A DNA stretch of 64,000 bases from positions 49,228,001 to 49,292,000 of the forward strand of contig OZ231126.1 in NCBI GenBank assembly GCA_965153355.1, given 5' to 3'. Within the stretch, counting starts at the first letter, position 1, and each line of letters begins with the position of its first letter. This document shows positions 13,090-26,528 of the stretch, in pieces. Made by a program: the position numbers and the translations under genes. Origin of the DNA: Flaccisagitta enflata (lineage: Eukaryota). Under the pieces are notes generated by a model, which saw only the letters and a program-made list of their open reading frames with translations, ran no database searches and was not told where the DNA came from.

Positions 13090-13238
13090 AGTCGCGTGCA
13101 CGCGACTCTATGACCCACTCTGTCCGTCTGTCGGTCCGTCCGTCCGTCCGTCTGTCGGTCGGTCCCACTTAGCTTTTTTAGCTTTTTCGCCGCTCCTGCC
13201 CACCCGCACGCGACTTCGGCTCGTGTATACGGCCTTGT
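13090..13238 (+). mobile_element. DINE-1/HINE-like element family A (representative copy)
   Basis: T-run, AGTCGCGTGCACGCGACT hairpin, (GTCC)n, 3' subterminal GCACGCGACT, stem-loop GGC..GTGTAT.CGGCC, then TTGTTT. Other copies or variants at ~599-849, 5279-5474, 5770-5960, 6003-6366, 7230-7410, 8436-8628, 13335-13642, 27311-27496, 27708-28015, 29930-30082, 44810-45007, 49464-49595, 59376-59830, 62045-62244. Confidence 0.8.
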
Positions 13239-14553
13239 TTTTTTTGCAGTTTTGCTGATTTCATACGTGTACAATACACTAACAATCGAGAAAGAAATCT
13301 TTCCTGGAGCGCTTTTTGTAAAAAATCGATTTTTAGATGCGTCCGTCAGGAACGCATCTCTATAAGAGGGTCTGTCCGTCGGTCCGTCCGTCGGTTCGTC
13401 CGTCGGTCCGTCCGTCCGTCGGTCCGTCCGTCCGTAACGCCTGTGCAAAAACCGCGTTTCTCGGCTGACATAGGCCACGGTGAGATCCTGTACTGAATCT
13501 AATGATCAACAAACGTGTTTTGAGAGCCTTCACTTTTCTGTCGCTTCATCTGTCTGTCCATCGTTATCTCCATACATCTCACATATCTACTCAATACACG
13601 CAGAGACACAATCCGGACGCATCGTTGCCCGGTCGGGCTTGTTCACCTACAGGAGAGATGACTCATTTTTTTATTCCATATTGTTATTCTATGCAAAATT
13701 TCCTTTCATTTGATAGGTCACACTATATAGTTCAATACAGAAATTAAGTTTTCATATTTTCAGCCACTTACTTTTTTGTAATGGTGACTCAAAAAATGAA
13801 ATTTTAAATTCTTTGCAAAAGTATAGAGTGCGACCTATCAAATAAAAGGGAATTTTGCCAAGATTAACAATATGGAATCATGAATTGAGTCAACACACCC
13901 CAGTCGAATCTGCATTGAAAATGGGTCTAATTTTTTCTGATTTTGAGAATTACACGTACTCAAAAAGCGCACCAGGAAATATTTCCCTCTCGATTGTTCC
14001 TATATTGTACACGTATGAAAAAAACCAGAGCAATGTCATTCTTACCCTGGATCGGCTGTCAGACAGTAGTGGGTGGTCCACCATTAAAAAAGAAATCTTG
14101 AAAGAGTATGGGTCCGCGACTGGGGTCATACGGCGTTGTCCAACGGCGTTGTCCAACGGCGTTGTCCAACGGCGTTGTCCAACGGCGTTGTCCAACGGCG
14201 TTGTCTAACAGCATTATCTAACAATAGGTTTTTAAAATCAACAATATAAAGCTCTACAGCCATGTTTTTTGTCATGAACCTTTTCAGATTAAAATCTTGA
14301 GTAAAGATTCAAGTTCTTTGTTAAATTTCGAATCGTTTGGTAGGTCGCTCTATATAGTTCTACTAAAAAAAATCAAATTTTCTTTCGACATATGACAACA
14401 ACGCTGCTAATATTACAACCAAAAGTGATGTAACAAAAAATTGATTTCTTTTGTTTCTTGATAAAAGCATCTAGTGCGACCTTTGAAATGAACGGAAATT
14501 TTGCAAGGAATAAGACTCTTGCACAAGAATTAAAGATGGGCTAAAACCATTTA

Positions 14554-14888
14554 CGTATTTTCTCTAAAAAGCGCCCCGGGCGCTTTTGAAATTGAAATAA
14601 AACTTGGGTTTTATACCCTCCAATTAGCGCCCCCTTTATATTGTGGATGAACTGTAGTTCAGTCTATCTTTTTCATGAGAAGCTACAAAAATGCTTAATT
14701 TGACTAAAAATGAACATATTCCTTGCATATATCTGTTTAAAAGTCTTTGAAACTGGCTCATTGTGTTGTTTTTTATCATCATTTTACTCAATATTTCTGA
14801 TCAAATCTCTTCTGAAAAGTATAACACTAGAAAACAAAAGAGGGGGGGGCGCTTTTTGGAGGGGGGGCGCTTTTTAGAAAAAATACGG
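14554..14888. mobile_element. TA-flanked MITE (TIR CGTATTTTYTCTAAAAAGCGCCCC) nested in a larger dispersed repeat
   Basis: TIRs are visible. The host repeat (~14230-15045) has an uninterrupted homologue at ~44150-44695 showing the empty site near 44525. Confidence 0.8.
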
Positions 14889-15894
14889 TAAGTTATCTGG
14901 CATAACACAGAAGATGTCGAACATTTTGTTGAGTTAAAAAGAATTTTGAAGCAGAATTTTTTTTTCTTTACTATTAAGTGATAGAGTACACCTTCCTGAA
15001 GCCCAAACCACTCGCCGTCATGACCGGGCATTTTTCTTGACCTATGGCTATGAACCTATGGACCTATGAACCTATAGACACATATACATATATGTCTTTC
15101 TTTATATCAGAGTAAACCAAATGAAATTGATCATGGCATTTTTGTCACTGTCCTTTTAAGGAAACTACAACTACTAAATGCCTCAAATCCCCAATACCTA
15201 ACCCCTATGCCCCAAACTTCTTTAGTTTTCAGTTAAAATCTTAAGAAATGAATCGGATTACAATGGTAAACAAACGATAATCTCAAAAGCCCTATTTTCT
15301 CTTCCACCTATTAGTAGACCAGTTAAGGATTACTTGATTATTTTTTTCATTTCTACAAATCTAGCTAATTTTCTAGCTATAAGAATAAATAATCTAGCAA
15401 ATTCTAGCGCTTTGCGGGGCCACAACTAGCGAATTTGTTTAAGCCGAAGTTCCTACCAGAGCTACTTGGCCTTGTTATTCTTTACAAAGATAAAAGCAAA
15501 AGGAACCGCAGAGGTGACATTATTTCCCTGTACTTTCTAATGGTATCATTCATATGATCATTGCGTAAATGCATTTCTTGCACATCGTCAAGTCAGACGA
15601 TAACAGATTCGTTTTGAATGATGCGATCAATAGATAACAGATTTGTTTTCATTGATATAAGAAGTACTATCCCCATTTCTAATCGCCCGACCCGATCTTT
15701 TTTTGATTTCCTGTATCCGTGTCCTTTTTCGTTGTCCTTGTTCTTCGCTTTCTGTTCACCAAAGATTTGACCTGAAAAAAGAATTATGACTGATTATTAT
15801 TAGAAGAAAGCGAAAAAGACGTAAAATTATTCCTCTCTTTCGCTCTGTACCAAAAACAAAAGCGTTTTACCTGGTTTCTACAGATTCCTTAGTA

Positions 15895-15965
15895 TTATTG
15901 TTTCAAAGCGACGAAAATGGCGACAGCGATCCATTGCGTCCAAAAGCACGTGGGCGCAGCGGCAT
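15895..15965 (-). CDS. Orphan GPI-type mucin-like protein, coding exon 3 (GPI-signal-like tail)
   Basis: T-rich acceptor ...aatctag|AT gives (N)AAAPTCFWTQWIAVAIFVALKQ-stop: small residues, a spacer, then a terminal hydrophobic stretch. Total protein 160 aa. Confidence 0.75.
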
Positions 15966-16044
15966 CTAGATTAAAAAAAAAAATATTCAAAATTTAGTTC
16001 GTTACATGACGGTCATCCCGTAAGGCTCTTAACAGTTGATTTAC

Positions 16045-16405
16045 TTGTTTCGTTATCCAGGTTGTTGTTCTTGTTCGTGTCGGCAGCAGAGGAATCGTCT
16101 TCCGCGTCCGCAGCTTCAGATCCGGTCGCCGCACCTGAACCGGCTGCCGCAGGGGAAGCGACCTCTGTACCATTGCTGGCGTTAGTTTCATTATGGACGA
16201 CAGTTGCATTCGCGACGACAGTAGCATTCCCACCCGCAGACACCACGGGATCCGCAGGTTTCTTCGTAGTAGTTGTAGTCGGATCAGCCGCGGGATCCGC
16301 AGGTTTCTTCGTAGTCGAAGTCGGATCAGCCGCGGGATCCGCAGGTTTCGCCGTGGTCGTTGTTGTCGGATCAGCCACAACAACCGGACCCTGGGCGTTC
16401 ACGAC
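16045..16405 (-). CDS. Orphan GPI-type mucin-like protein, coding exon 2 (Thr/Ala/Pro repeats, N-glycan sequons)
   Basis: ttttag|GTC GTG AAC GCC...; three ADPT(T/S)TT..KPADP repeats; six NxS/T sequons; donor ACA A|GTAAAT; 361 nt, phase 0 to 1. Confidence 0.8.
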
Positions 16406-16588
16406 CTAAAAGAAATGTTACGTAATTTCATCTGCTAGAACATGAACAACTAATCGTGCAAACAGGAACACGAGTTAAAGATTTCATTCTTGTCGAACGA
16501 AACGATCACAGAGTATCGTTATTTGTTTACTTATTATACACAGTCCGCCAAAACATTAGAAATGAGTAAAACGATAAACAACTCTTAC

Positions 16589-16639
16589 CTCAACAAACGC
16601 CATCGCCGCCAACAGCAAAAGAGAAAAAGTGTATTTCAT
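16589..16639 (-). CDS. Orphan GPI-type mucin-like protein, coding exon 1 (signal peptide)
   Basis: ATG AAA TAC... = MKYTFSLLLLAAMAFVE, ending GAG|GTAAGA. Typical signal-peptide n- and h-region, continuing as VVNA/QG in the next exon. Confidence 0.8.
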
Positions 16640-18254
16640 CTTTGGAGTGGGAAAAAAAATATTCAAGGAAGAAATAACCTAAGCAAATCTGTAAGAGAAG
16701 CTTCTGTGGTTTGTTGTTGTTGTTTGTTGACGTTGTCTTGACTACCAAAATTTTAACGCGTCGATAAAAACTCATAGAGCAAGTGAAGCGAGTACTATTA
16801 ACTAGTTACATCGTTTCTTAACGATTGACCACGTATGCATGGAAAGTCATCTGGTCGAATTCGAAAGAGAGCGATGCTCGTTATGCACAACTACGCGACT
16901 AAATGAATACATGAGTCGCCATTTCAGTTCGTCGATCCAATCGATGGTCTCAATCCATGTGTTCTATTTAATTATACTTAAAAGTAGGAGGTTGAGCAGA
17001 AAGACCGGTAGGCAGGAAGGTCGGTATGTACAACTGTTTTTTTGGATGGCATAAAATTTGTTGAATTTTTTTTTCACTAAACCTATTATATTAACCACGC
17101 ACAAGCGGGAAGAACCCTAAAAGTGCTACGCAGACATTTAAAAAAGTAACGCTACTTTTCGGGCTTGCACTCTTGAATTGTTATTGTCTCCGTGCCAGGA
17201 GCCTGTCCTGCCAAATTTGTTTCTGCTCAACTGATCCTGCCAGATGCACGTAACTAGGGTAAACGTTTATCCGTCTCGTCTTCGATATAAATTTGAAAAG
17301 TCCTTTTATAAAACATGGCTCATTCTCTGATCTGATACTCCGTAAGTACTATGACGATTTTGTGGAATTGACTCGGTTTACAGTTAAATTTCGAGACTGT
17401 ATCATACCATGTACAACTCAAGGAATAGTAATGAAAACCACATCGATAGATTTGAAAGAAAAGAAAAGAAAAAACAAAACCAAACAAAAGAAAAAAAACA
17501 CAAAAAAAAAAAACCAAAAAACAAAAAAACAAAAACAAAAACAAAAAAAGGAAAAAACCGAGGAAACAAATCAACTAAAAGGGGAATGATGAAGACAAAA
17601 TATTTTTCTTCGTCATTCCCCTCTAGGTTGTTTTTGTTTTTTTGTGTTTTTTGTTTGTAACCGCAAAATACAGCAATCTCTTTAGAAGGAAAAAAAGAGG
17701 ATAGACAGCTCTCTCTCCCCTTTGTGAAGGTAACAGGGTGTGCAAAACATCCTGTGACGACCTGGTTTTGTAGTTTTATTTAGCCTAATCTAGACCTTGC
17801 TCACTGCTCAGTAGAGTGGGCTCAAATTGGGCATTCAATTGAAACAGTATTTCCAAATACTTTTCATGTTCCATTTGCATGGTCAGTGCCTAGTCTCGGG
17901 GAGGGTCCTCTAATCCTCTATAATTGATAGTAATAGCCATGCATGAGAGAAATTTTTTCAATTGTCATTCAATACAACTGACACATTGATTACGGAATAC
18001 CTAGATTGAGATTGGGCTATAATTATACTAATAAAACATGAAAAATGCTTTATTGTGTTTTATTGTAATGCCCAATTTGAGCCCATTCTACTGCTCAGTC
18101 GCTCTGTCTCAGCTCCCTTTGGCACCTAGTTTGACTTTGACCCATTGTCTCTCTATCTGTCTTTGCATTTGTTTTTCTTTGTATGTCTGCCTTTCTTTCT
18201 TTTTTCTTTATTTCTCTCTCTCTCCGTCTCTCTTGCTTTTTCTGTCTGTCTATA

Positions 18255-18324
<70 letters not shown>

Positions 18325-18611
18325 ATTCGTCCTTTGATCTCAACCTCAAAGGCCTAGGTCAGGGATCAGGCACCCAGGAGTGGACTTCTAAAGAAAAAAA
18401 AAATCCTTGGCGATCATTAATTTGGAGTAGTTCGTCCCTAAAACGTCGCGATACGGAGGAATATGACACAAGGTTGAGTTGATAAATCAAATTCGAGCAT
18501 AAAAAGCTCGACAATTTAATGGCAAGCGTCATTTTAAATTACACAACTGTACATTAAGGCGTACTTAAACATGATAATATTCGATAGTATCTCAATGACT
18601 AACGCATGAAG

Positions 18612-18698
<87 letters not shown>

Positions 18699-19842
18699 TA
18701 ATGCAAAAAATGAATAATGACAATGGAGTGGTAATCGCGATGAGTGAAGTGCTCTCATGTATCTCAGAGAGAAGATACACGATTTAAACGCCTGCGGTTT
18801 TTTGCCGGTGTCAAGAAGATCTGAATCGGGCAAAAATCTACGAATTTACTGACCAGCATATGTTCTTGATAGAGAAGAAAAAAAATATTAAAAAAACAAA
18901 CAAAAAAACAAACAAACAAAAACAAAAAAACGTACCCACACTTCCTTCACACTCACAAAGTAGGCCACCGATCTTTTTTCCTTTTCACCCATTTTTTCTA
19001 CTTATCGCGATCGTACGCAAAAAAAAAAAAAAAAAAAAAGAAAGAAAAAAAAAGAAAAAAAAATTCTAATGGGCCGTTTGAACTTAAGAAGACATTCATT
19101 CATCACATTCCAGAAAGATAAAAAAAATATCAAATTTTAGTTACAGATTTGATGATAAATCGGAGTTGATCGCGCCATTGAGTCAAGAAGCATCAGACAA
19201 ATATTTATGACCAAGACATTTAAAGAGTCTTAAAACCAGAAAACAAAGATGAAATGTATCTAGGTTCGAATACGGTATTTTTTTAATAAGAAAAAAGCAA
19301 TCAAGGCGATTTCACACTGGCCTTTCATCAGTGATTCATAAATGATAACATTTCAAAACAAACAATGAAGAAAATTCAATGGACGAGAGGAATGACAAAA
19401 ATGACAAGACAAGATGACATGACATGACATGACATGACATGACATGACATGACATGACATGACATGACATGACATGACATGACATGACATGATAAGATGA
19501 GGATCCAGTTCTGTGGAATACAGTACTCCAATCGAGAGCATTATAATGGCACGGTTGTTTTTTGTATTTTTCCAGAGGAAAACACACACATATTTATATA
19601 AATGCAATAATCTGCCAAAGATAGCATTGTCGCTATAATTGTTTTGGCTTATATACGATGAGAATTTAGGGACAAGTAAAAAATGTAACAATTTGCATAT
19701 AAGGCAAGTAATTTGACGGATCAATGCGCGTAAGAGGATGGGACGTTGGGAATGACACTAGAGACAGACCATGGAAGTTTTTTAAGTCGCGCTCACGCAC
19801 AACTGAATAATTGAACGCTTATAAAAAACGACAATGTAGATT

Positions 19843-21450
19843 CTACTCCAAATGATGGTGGTGATGATGATGGTGATGGTGTTGGTGAACGTGATGATGT
19901 TGGTGATGTTCCACCCACTCCTCGGTATGGCTTTGATGAATTTTCATGGATTTGGAAAACTGCTGTTGATGATGATGATGAGGAGGAGGAGGAGATGATG
20001 TAAACGGTTGATGTAGCAATTGCCTCCCTGGTTGCTGTTGCGATTTCATTTGCTGTTGCATGGCGTCATCGAGGGGAAAATCCCGGAACAGTTCCGTCGT
20101 TTCCATCCAGTTTTGAACTTTTTCTCTTCCCGCTCGCCTTCGTCTTTCGCGATTGCGATGTTGCAGCAATTGATCACGATATTCCAACCATTGCAGCTCG
20201 GTCTCTTGAGGTTCTCCTCCTGCTACTCCTCCTCCTCCTCCTCCCACATTCGTGGTTGTCGTTGTCGTCGTCGCGGTTGTCGCCGCTGCCGCCGTCGAAA
20301 GCGCTCCCATTGGCGTGGATGCTTCCATGCAAGCCCCCTGTCGACAGCCGCCGACACAGACTGGCCCAGCTGCTGCCGCGTTGGTACGTCCAGGAACCAC
20401 CGCCGCCGCCGCCGAATGACGCTGCGGCGCCGATCGCGCGATGCCGAAACGTGATTTGAATCCGGCGCCGGGACCGCGAGTGGCGTCGTGCTGGATATCG
20501 CTGGCGCCGCGTTGCAGCGGCGTCCGTGGCCAGCCGCCGTTGCTGCTGTCATTATTGTTATTTTCGTTGCGTAATTTCCAAGGTGACAACCCCGAGTCGA
20601 TGAAGAATTCCCGATCTTGTGCTTTTCCATAACCGGAAGTTGCTGCAGCGGAAGCGGCGAAATCGGCAGCTCGAAGCCGATCAGCGAATTGTGGATCCGA
20701 CACGGAGTGCCGGTGATGATGATGAAGATGATGCTGTTGTTGATGATGGTGATGATGGGGGTGTGGTTGATGATTATCCCGGTGAGTAGCGTCGTCGTCG
20801 AAGCTTTTGCTATTGTTGTTGTTATTATTCACGCTGTGGTTGAAATTATTGCTTTGATATCGCTGCTGATGATGATTGTTGCCAAAGTTTTTGATCGAAG
20901 CGACGACGGAGTCGATATTCCAGTGACGGAGATGATGTGGAAGGTGCTGCGTGATTCCCGGGTGCTGTCGATGAGGATGGTGAGGAGGATGCTGATGAGG
21001 AGGTGGAGGAGGAATGTGTTGCTGTTGTTGATGGTGTTGCTGATGCGGAGATGAATTAGTACTTTTCCCGCCGTTGTTGCCGTTGATTCGTCGAGGATTG
21101 AAACCCCTCCGTCGATTCTGCGAAACGCCTCCACGTTGCGGTTGTTGTTGCTGCTGCTGATGCTGCATGCGCCAACGCGCGGCTTCAAACCCTTTGACGG
21201 TCGGAGAAGCCCCGCAGCAGCCAGGATGCGTACACGCGGCCTCGCTATGTCTGGTCATACCGGCCGGTTGTGGATTTTGCTGTTGCTGCTCATTTTGCTG
21301 CTGCTGCCTCTGTTGCTGTTGTTTCGACGCCATTTTGCGCCCGAGTCTAGTTGCGGGTTGCTTTGGTGGAAGAACAGGCGGCGGCGGTGTCGTACACAGT
21401 AAAAGATCTACTACTTCACCATTCTCCGTGCTTGCTGCGTTGGTGGTAAG

Positions 21451-21516
<66 letters not shown>

Positions 21517-21642
21517 CTTTCCACGCTTGGTCTTTCCCGTGGAACCGGAAGTCGGCGTCAACTTGATCTTGAGCGTCTTTTTTGAATTGGAATCTGAAGT
21601 CGGCATCGCCTTGAAGACGGACTGCACCAACCGAGCCAAGTC
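19843..21642 (-). CDS. nkd: Naked cuticle homologue, last coding exon
   Basis: ctacag|DLARLVQSVFKAMPTSDSNSKKTLKIKLTP aligns with the recalled Nkd EFX second half (DITSLLHTIYEVV...SSKMLRVKLTV). RNRERRRRAGREKVQNWMETTE resembles the insect Nkd helical V..WLE motif. It ends in the diagnostic His tail VEHHQHHHVHQHHHHHHHHHHLE-stop. 1800 nt open. Confidence 0.82.
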
Positions 21643-21905
21643 CTGTAGAAATCAATTAATAAATAGATAAATATGAAGGCAATAACATTTCATAACAAGT
21701 TGTTATAACGAAAAGAGGACATGCGAAACAACAACAGTGGTTGTATCGACAAAAATTCAACTTAACGACGACAACCACGGCAAAACAACCTCAACCGCCA
21801 CAACAACATCAACAACCAAAATAACGACAACCACAGCCACAACAACGGCTCCAACAAACTTTAATATGAGAGAAAACAAAACAAAAAAAATGACGAACTT
21901 CTCAC

Positions 21906-22427
21906 CTCATTGGACAGGGCGCCATCTCCGACTGAGACTGTCAACAATCCGTCTTCTTGTTCGAATCGGATTTCTCTGGCCGTTTCCGTTGTCGTCGACG
22001 ACGATGACGACGACAACGAAGAATCTGAAGACGATGTCGACGACGACCGCAAGTCTAAATTGACATTCACTTCCTCTGTTGCGTCTTCAATTACTTCCTC
22101 CTCCTCCTCCTCCTCCATAACCTCTTCTTCTTCCTCTTCATCTTCGTCCTCTCTTTCCTCTCGGTCTTTGATAATGGGCAATAAAGAGATGAACGTCGTT
22201 GAAGTCGTAGTCGGAGTGTTGGACGGAGTAGGTGTGGCATCGTTCATCGTCGTCGTCGTCGTCGTCGTCGTCGGTTTTCGTGCCGGTGATCTGATTGGCT
22301 GAACGGTGGCGACCGGTGGACGAATCGGCGGTGGGCGTGGTCGAGATGCTGAAGACGCGCTCCGAAGCGCTGACGAAGATGGTAACAAAACCGGTTCCAT
22401 TCTCAACACTTCCTCCAAGGACGGCTT
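21906..22427 (-). CDS. nkd: Naked cuticle homologue, exon encoding first half of the EFX region
   Basis: NAGNAG acceptor (aag cag|AAG), 174 open codons, donor GAG|GTGAG. EEVNVNLDL...AREIRF...GDGALSNE corresponds to Nkd EEFxCDVSV...QEWTF...NNGKVTRE. Confidence 0.78.
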
Positions 22428-22641
22428 CTGCTTGAAGGGAAGGAAAAGGGGAAGAGGAGGGAGAGGGGGAAAGGGAAGAGAGGAGAAAGAAATGATGAAT
22501 GGGTGGATCCGTTGTGCACCGCACGCACATCACAAAAACAAAAGAACCTGACAGAGGATCAAGAGACACAAGAACAAAGAGAAATACTATATATAACCGT
22601 CCAGAACGAAGACACAGACACGCAGACACACAGACACACAG

Positions 22642-22769
<128 letters not shown>

Positions 22770-23213
22770 CAGGTATGTTGAGTCATCACTGAATGAAGGC
22801 AAAGGGACCCCCCGAGAAGGAGAAAATCCTTCTCCAGGTTTCGGGCACACGACGTTTATCATTTCAATACCATGTCAACACGACCATCACACACACAAAC
22901 GAAGATCACACACACACAAACGAAGATCGCACACGGAGCAACAACTCACGCAAACAAAACATTCCTTCTCTTTATAAATCTTGTCTCCTATCTCTTCGTT
23001 GCTCTTTTCTTTTTTCTTTTTTTTTTTAAAACCTTTTTTTTTGCTGACTTAGATTCAATTCTTCCTCTGTCATGTCACATCCCATCCGACTGGATGGCGC
23101 CCTTGCGTTTTTGAGTGTGATTCATGTTTTGTGTTTGTGAATATTTGTGTGATATTTTGTGTGCATGTATGTATGAGAATGTGGGTTTATTTGTTAGTGT
23201 TTTTTTGTCTGTC

Positions 23214-23307
<94 letters not shown>

Positions 23308-23356
23308 TGCTTAATTTCGTGTGTGTGTGTGTGTGTGCATGTGTGCGTGTGTGTGC

Positions 23357-23453
<97 letters not shown>

Positions 23454-23508
23454 ACATGCATGGAAAATATCGCATTTTTCGCTTTCTCCCTTAAATTCCT
23501 TCACTTAC

Positions 23509-24566
23509 TTGCGAAAAAGAAGAGGAAGATGGAGAAGAATTCAAGTCTTGCGACTCGGAGGCAGCAACAACAACAACATCCTCGTTCTCTTCCTCTTCAT
23601 TTGGCGAAGGAGTGGCAGCGGCCGAAGTGGAGGTCGTGGCGGTGGTTGCGGTGGTGCTGGCCGCGACATTTGATAATGAAGGCGGATACGAAGTGACTGC
23701 CGTGGGAGTGGAAGGAGGAGTGGCCGGAGTAGGAAACGTGCGACTTGGTCGCCGTGGACCGGACTCAACGTCGTCGTTGTCGTCGTCGTCGTCGTCAATG
23801 ACGTTTTGCGTCATCGCCGTTGTTGTCGTCGTCGTCGTCACCGTCGTCATATTCGAAGGAAAGAAAGAAATCCAAGTCTTTGGCGGCCGCATGGAAGTTG
23901 CTCCGTCATCGTCGTCGGCGGCAAAGGCGGGAGTAAAAGGAGTCGACGGCGGCGACGAGGAAGCATCATCAACGTCATCGTCCGCGACGGAGGATCTCGA
24001 CAGAATCGCGGCGGTAGGAAGCGTCACTTTCGCGTCCGAGGTTGAACACGTAGTCGTTGTCGATCTCGTTGTCGCTGTCGGAAGCGACGAGGCAATGGAG
24101 GAAGTAAGTGTCGGAGGAGGAGGGAGAAGACGAGGGGGAAGAGGAGGAGATGAGGATGGAGATGAAAGCGTCAATGTCAAAGGCGGCAAAACGCCAAACG
24201 TCGCTTTACGCTTGGCGATGGAGCGAGGCGACGACGGCGGAGAGGACGAAGATGTTGTAGATGATGACGAGGTAGATGGTAAAGACGCCGAAGCCGACGA
24301 TGATAATGATGAAGATGACGAGATAGTAGGTGGTAAGGAGGAAAGGAGTGTAGAAGCAGCTGCGCAATAAGTGGATGATGAAGGCGTAGACGTAGAGGAT
24401 GGGGAGGTAGAGTCTGAGGAAGCGGTGGCGGCGGTGACGACGGCGCGATCGAAAGCGGAAGCGGAAATGGTGAATTCATCCCGCGATTTCCGAGTCAACG
24501 TCAAATGACTTCCACGTAAAAGACAAGTCGTTGAAGTGTAGTCACGAGATATGTAATCGTAAGTGT
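23509..24566 (-). CDS. nkd: Naked cuticle homologue, large Ser/Thr/Pro-rich low-complexity exon
   Basis: Acceptor tctttctttctcag| and donor CAA|GTAAGT; 1058 nt open, phase 1 to 0, in frame with the downstream exon. No recognisable domain; assigned by splice continuity. Confidence 0.7.
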
Positions 24567-24804
24567 CTGAGAAAGAAAGAATAAGAAGAATTTGGCACGG
24601 TGGTTGGCATTGATTCGAATCGGCGGTAATGTAGGGAAGGGGGGAGGGAAATGGGCCTCATGAAATAGTTAAGTAACCTGGAAGCTGCTCATTTATAGCC
24701 CTATAGTGCCTATTTACATATATTAAAAGAAATACCGAGAAGATTAATAAAAATGCGTTCGTTCATGTATTTTCTCATGAAACTTTTCTTTCAATACAAC
24801 ATAC

Positions 24805-24891
24805 CTGAGCCGGGTGTAAATCTTCCACTGTCTTCCTCCAAAGGTGCGTAGGAGATTGTCAGAGTTTTCGCGGCTCCACGAACCGCGATCA
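24805..24891 (-). CDS. nkd: Naked cuticle homologue, small upstream coding exon (start codon lies further upstream)
   Basis: Pyrimidine-rich acceptor ...aaatcag|TG ATC GCG = xIAVRGAAKTLTISYAPLEEDSGRFTPGS, donor TCAG|GTATGT; phase 1 to 1 fits the next exon. A possible start is ATGT|GTAAGT at 28084-28081 (unproven). Confidence 0.62.
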
Positions 24892-25139
24892 CTGATTTGA
24901 CAAAAAAGGGGACAAAAAGATGGGTAGGGGAAGAGAAACATGGGGAGACAGAGAGTGAAGATAAGGAGGAAGGATAAGAGGGAAAGAGGGGGAAGCAGGG
25001 GGGTTGAGAGAATGGTGGGGGGAACAAAAAGGATTTATAATCGATAATCGGATGAAAAAATCCTAATCCATGTCAAGCTTATATGCCGAATTTCTCGATG
25101 ACGTCATTGGAGATTGTGGAAAGCCGTGATAGTCGCTGT

Positions 25140-25400
25140 AATCCGACCACAAAATGACCGAATCTGTCCACAAAGTGACCAAACCCGACAACAAACTGAA
25201 CAAATCTGACCACGAAGTTACCGAATCCGACCACAAAATGAGCGAATCCGACAACAAAGTGAAACAATCTGACCACACAGTTACCGAATCAGAACACAAA
25301 GTGACAATATCTAACCACAAAGTGACCAAGTCTGTCCAGAAAGTGACAAAATCTGATCACAAAGTGACAGAATCCAACCACAAAGTGACATATTCTGACT
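25140..25400. repeat. 21-bp minisatellite (AATCYGACCACAAAGTGACCG)
   Basis: About 12 degenerate units; explains the periodic ORFs at 25063-25402. Confidence 0.9.
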
Positions 25401-26062
25401 AAAAATTAGTTGAATCTTAGAAGATTGAGCCACAAAAATGACAACAAAATACTATACAAAAATTTGCAATCCCTAGCGGATCAAAGAGTAGACAACTTTA
25501 TGTAAATTATGCTGATTGATAAATTAGTTAAACGATTGAACATAAAAACAGAAGAGAACAGAAAAGTAATTGACAATGCAGCAAAGATTCAGCACAACTG
25601 ACGAACACTTGCAAGGGACTAAAGAGGCATGATACAGAGGCAAAAAGTACCAAGGGGAATTCTAAAATAGGGTTAATAGGATTAATGAGCGTGTTCATCG
25701 CGTGACAAAAAAGTCAAGTGAAACTAAATGGACGTCTGTTTTTTTCTGAAAGAAAAAGCTTAAGAGCGACCTTTTGTCCGCGTGAGCTAGACCGTGCGAG
25801 CGGCTACCGCGCTTGCGTGTGCTTCTTGCTATATTTGAGTCTATCAATTGCTCAATCTTGCGTGCGCGCGGAAGCTGTTATTTTTTTCATTTCCCTCAAC
25901 TTTTTATCGATTTTCTCGATCTCCATTTTTTTCTCTCGAGTATCTAGAATGTGTACAAGATAAGGTTTTTCTTCTCCTTAAATTCATTTTTTTCCGAAAC
26001 GAAATTGTCTAGCGATGATAGTCTTGATGAAACACTACTTGTATGGTTTGCCTGCCTGTCTC

Positions 26063-26170
<108 letters not shown>

Positions 26171-26281
26171 TCTTTCATTCTTGGTATTTTTCTACTCCTC
26201 GAATCTTATTTGCATAAATAAAAATCCGACTTCAAACGCGGGGCGACGGATTTACATTACACACTAGATCACATGACATAC

Positions 26282-26388
<107 letters not shown>

Positions 26389-26443
26389 TGTAGCTAGAAA
26401 AACAGCAGAACTAACAACAACAACAACGAAGATTAGGGTGAGC

Positions 26444-26528
<85 letters not shown>

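Noticed and set aside
20020-21670. Plus-strand ORFs including a poly-Cys ORF (21167-21670)
   Set aside because: Antisense shadows of the Gln/His-rich nkd exon.
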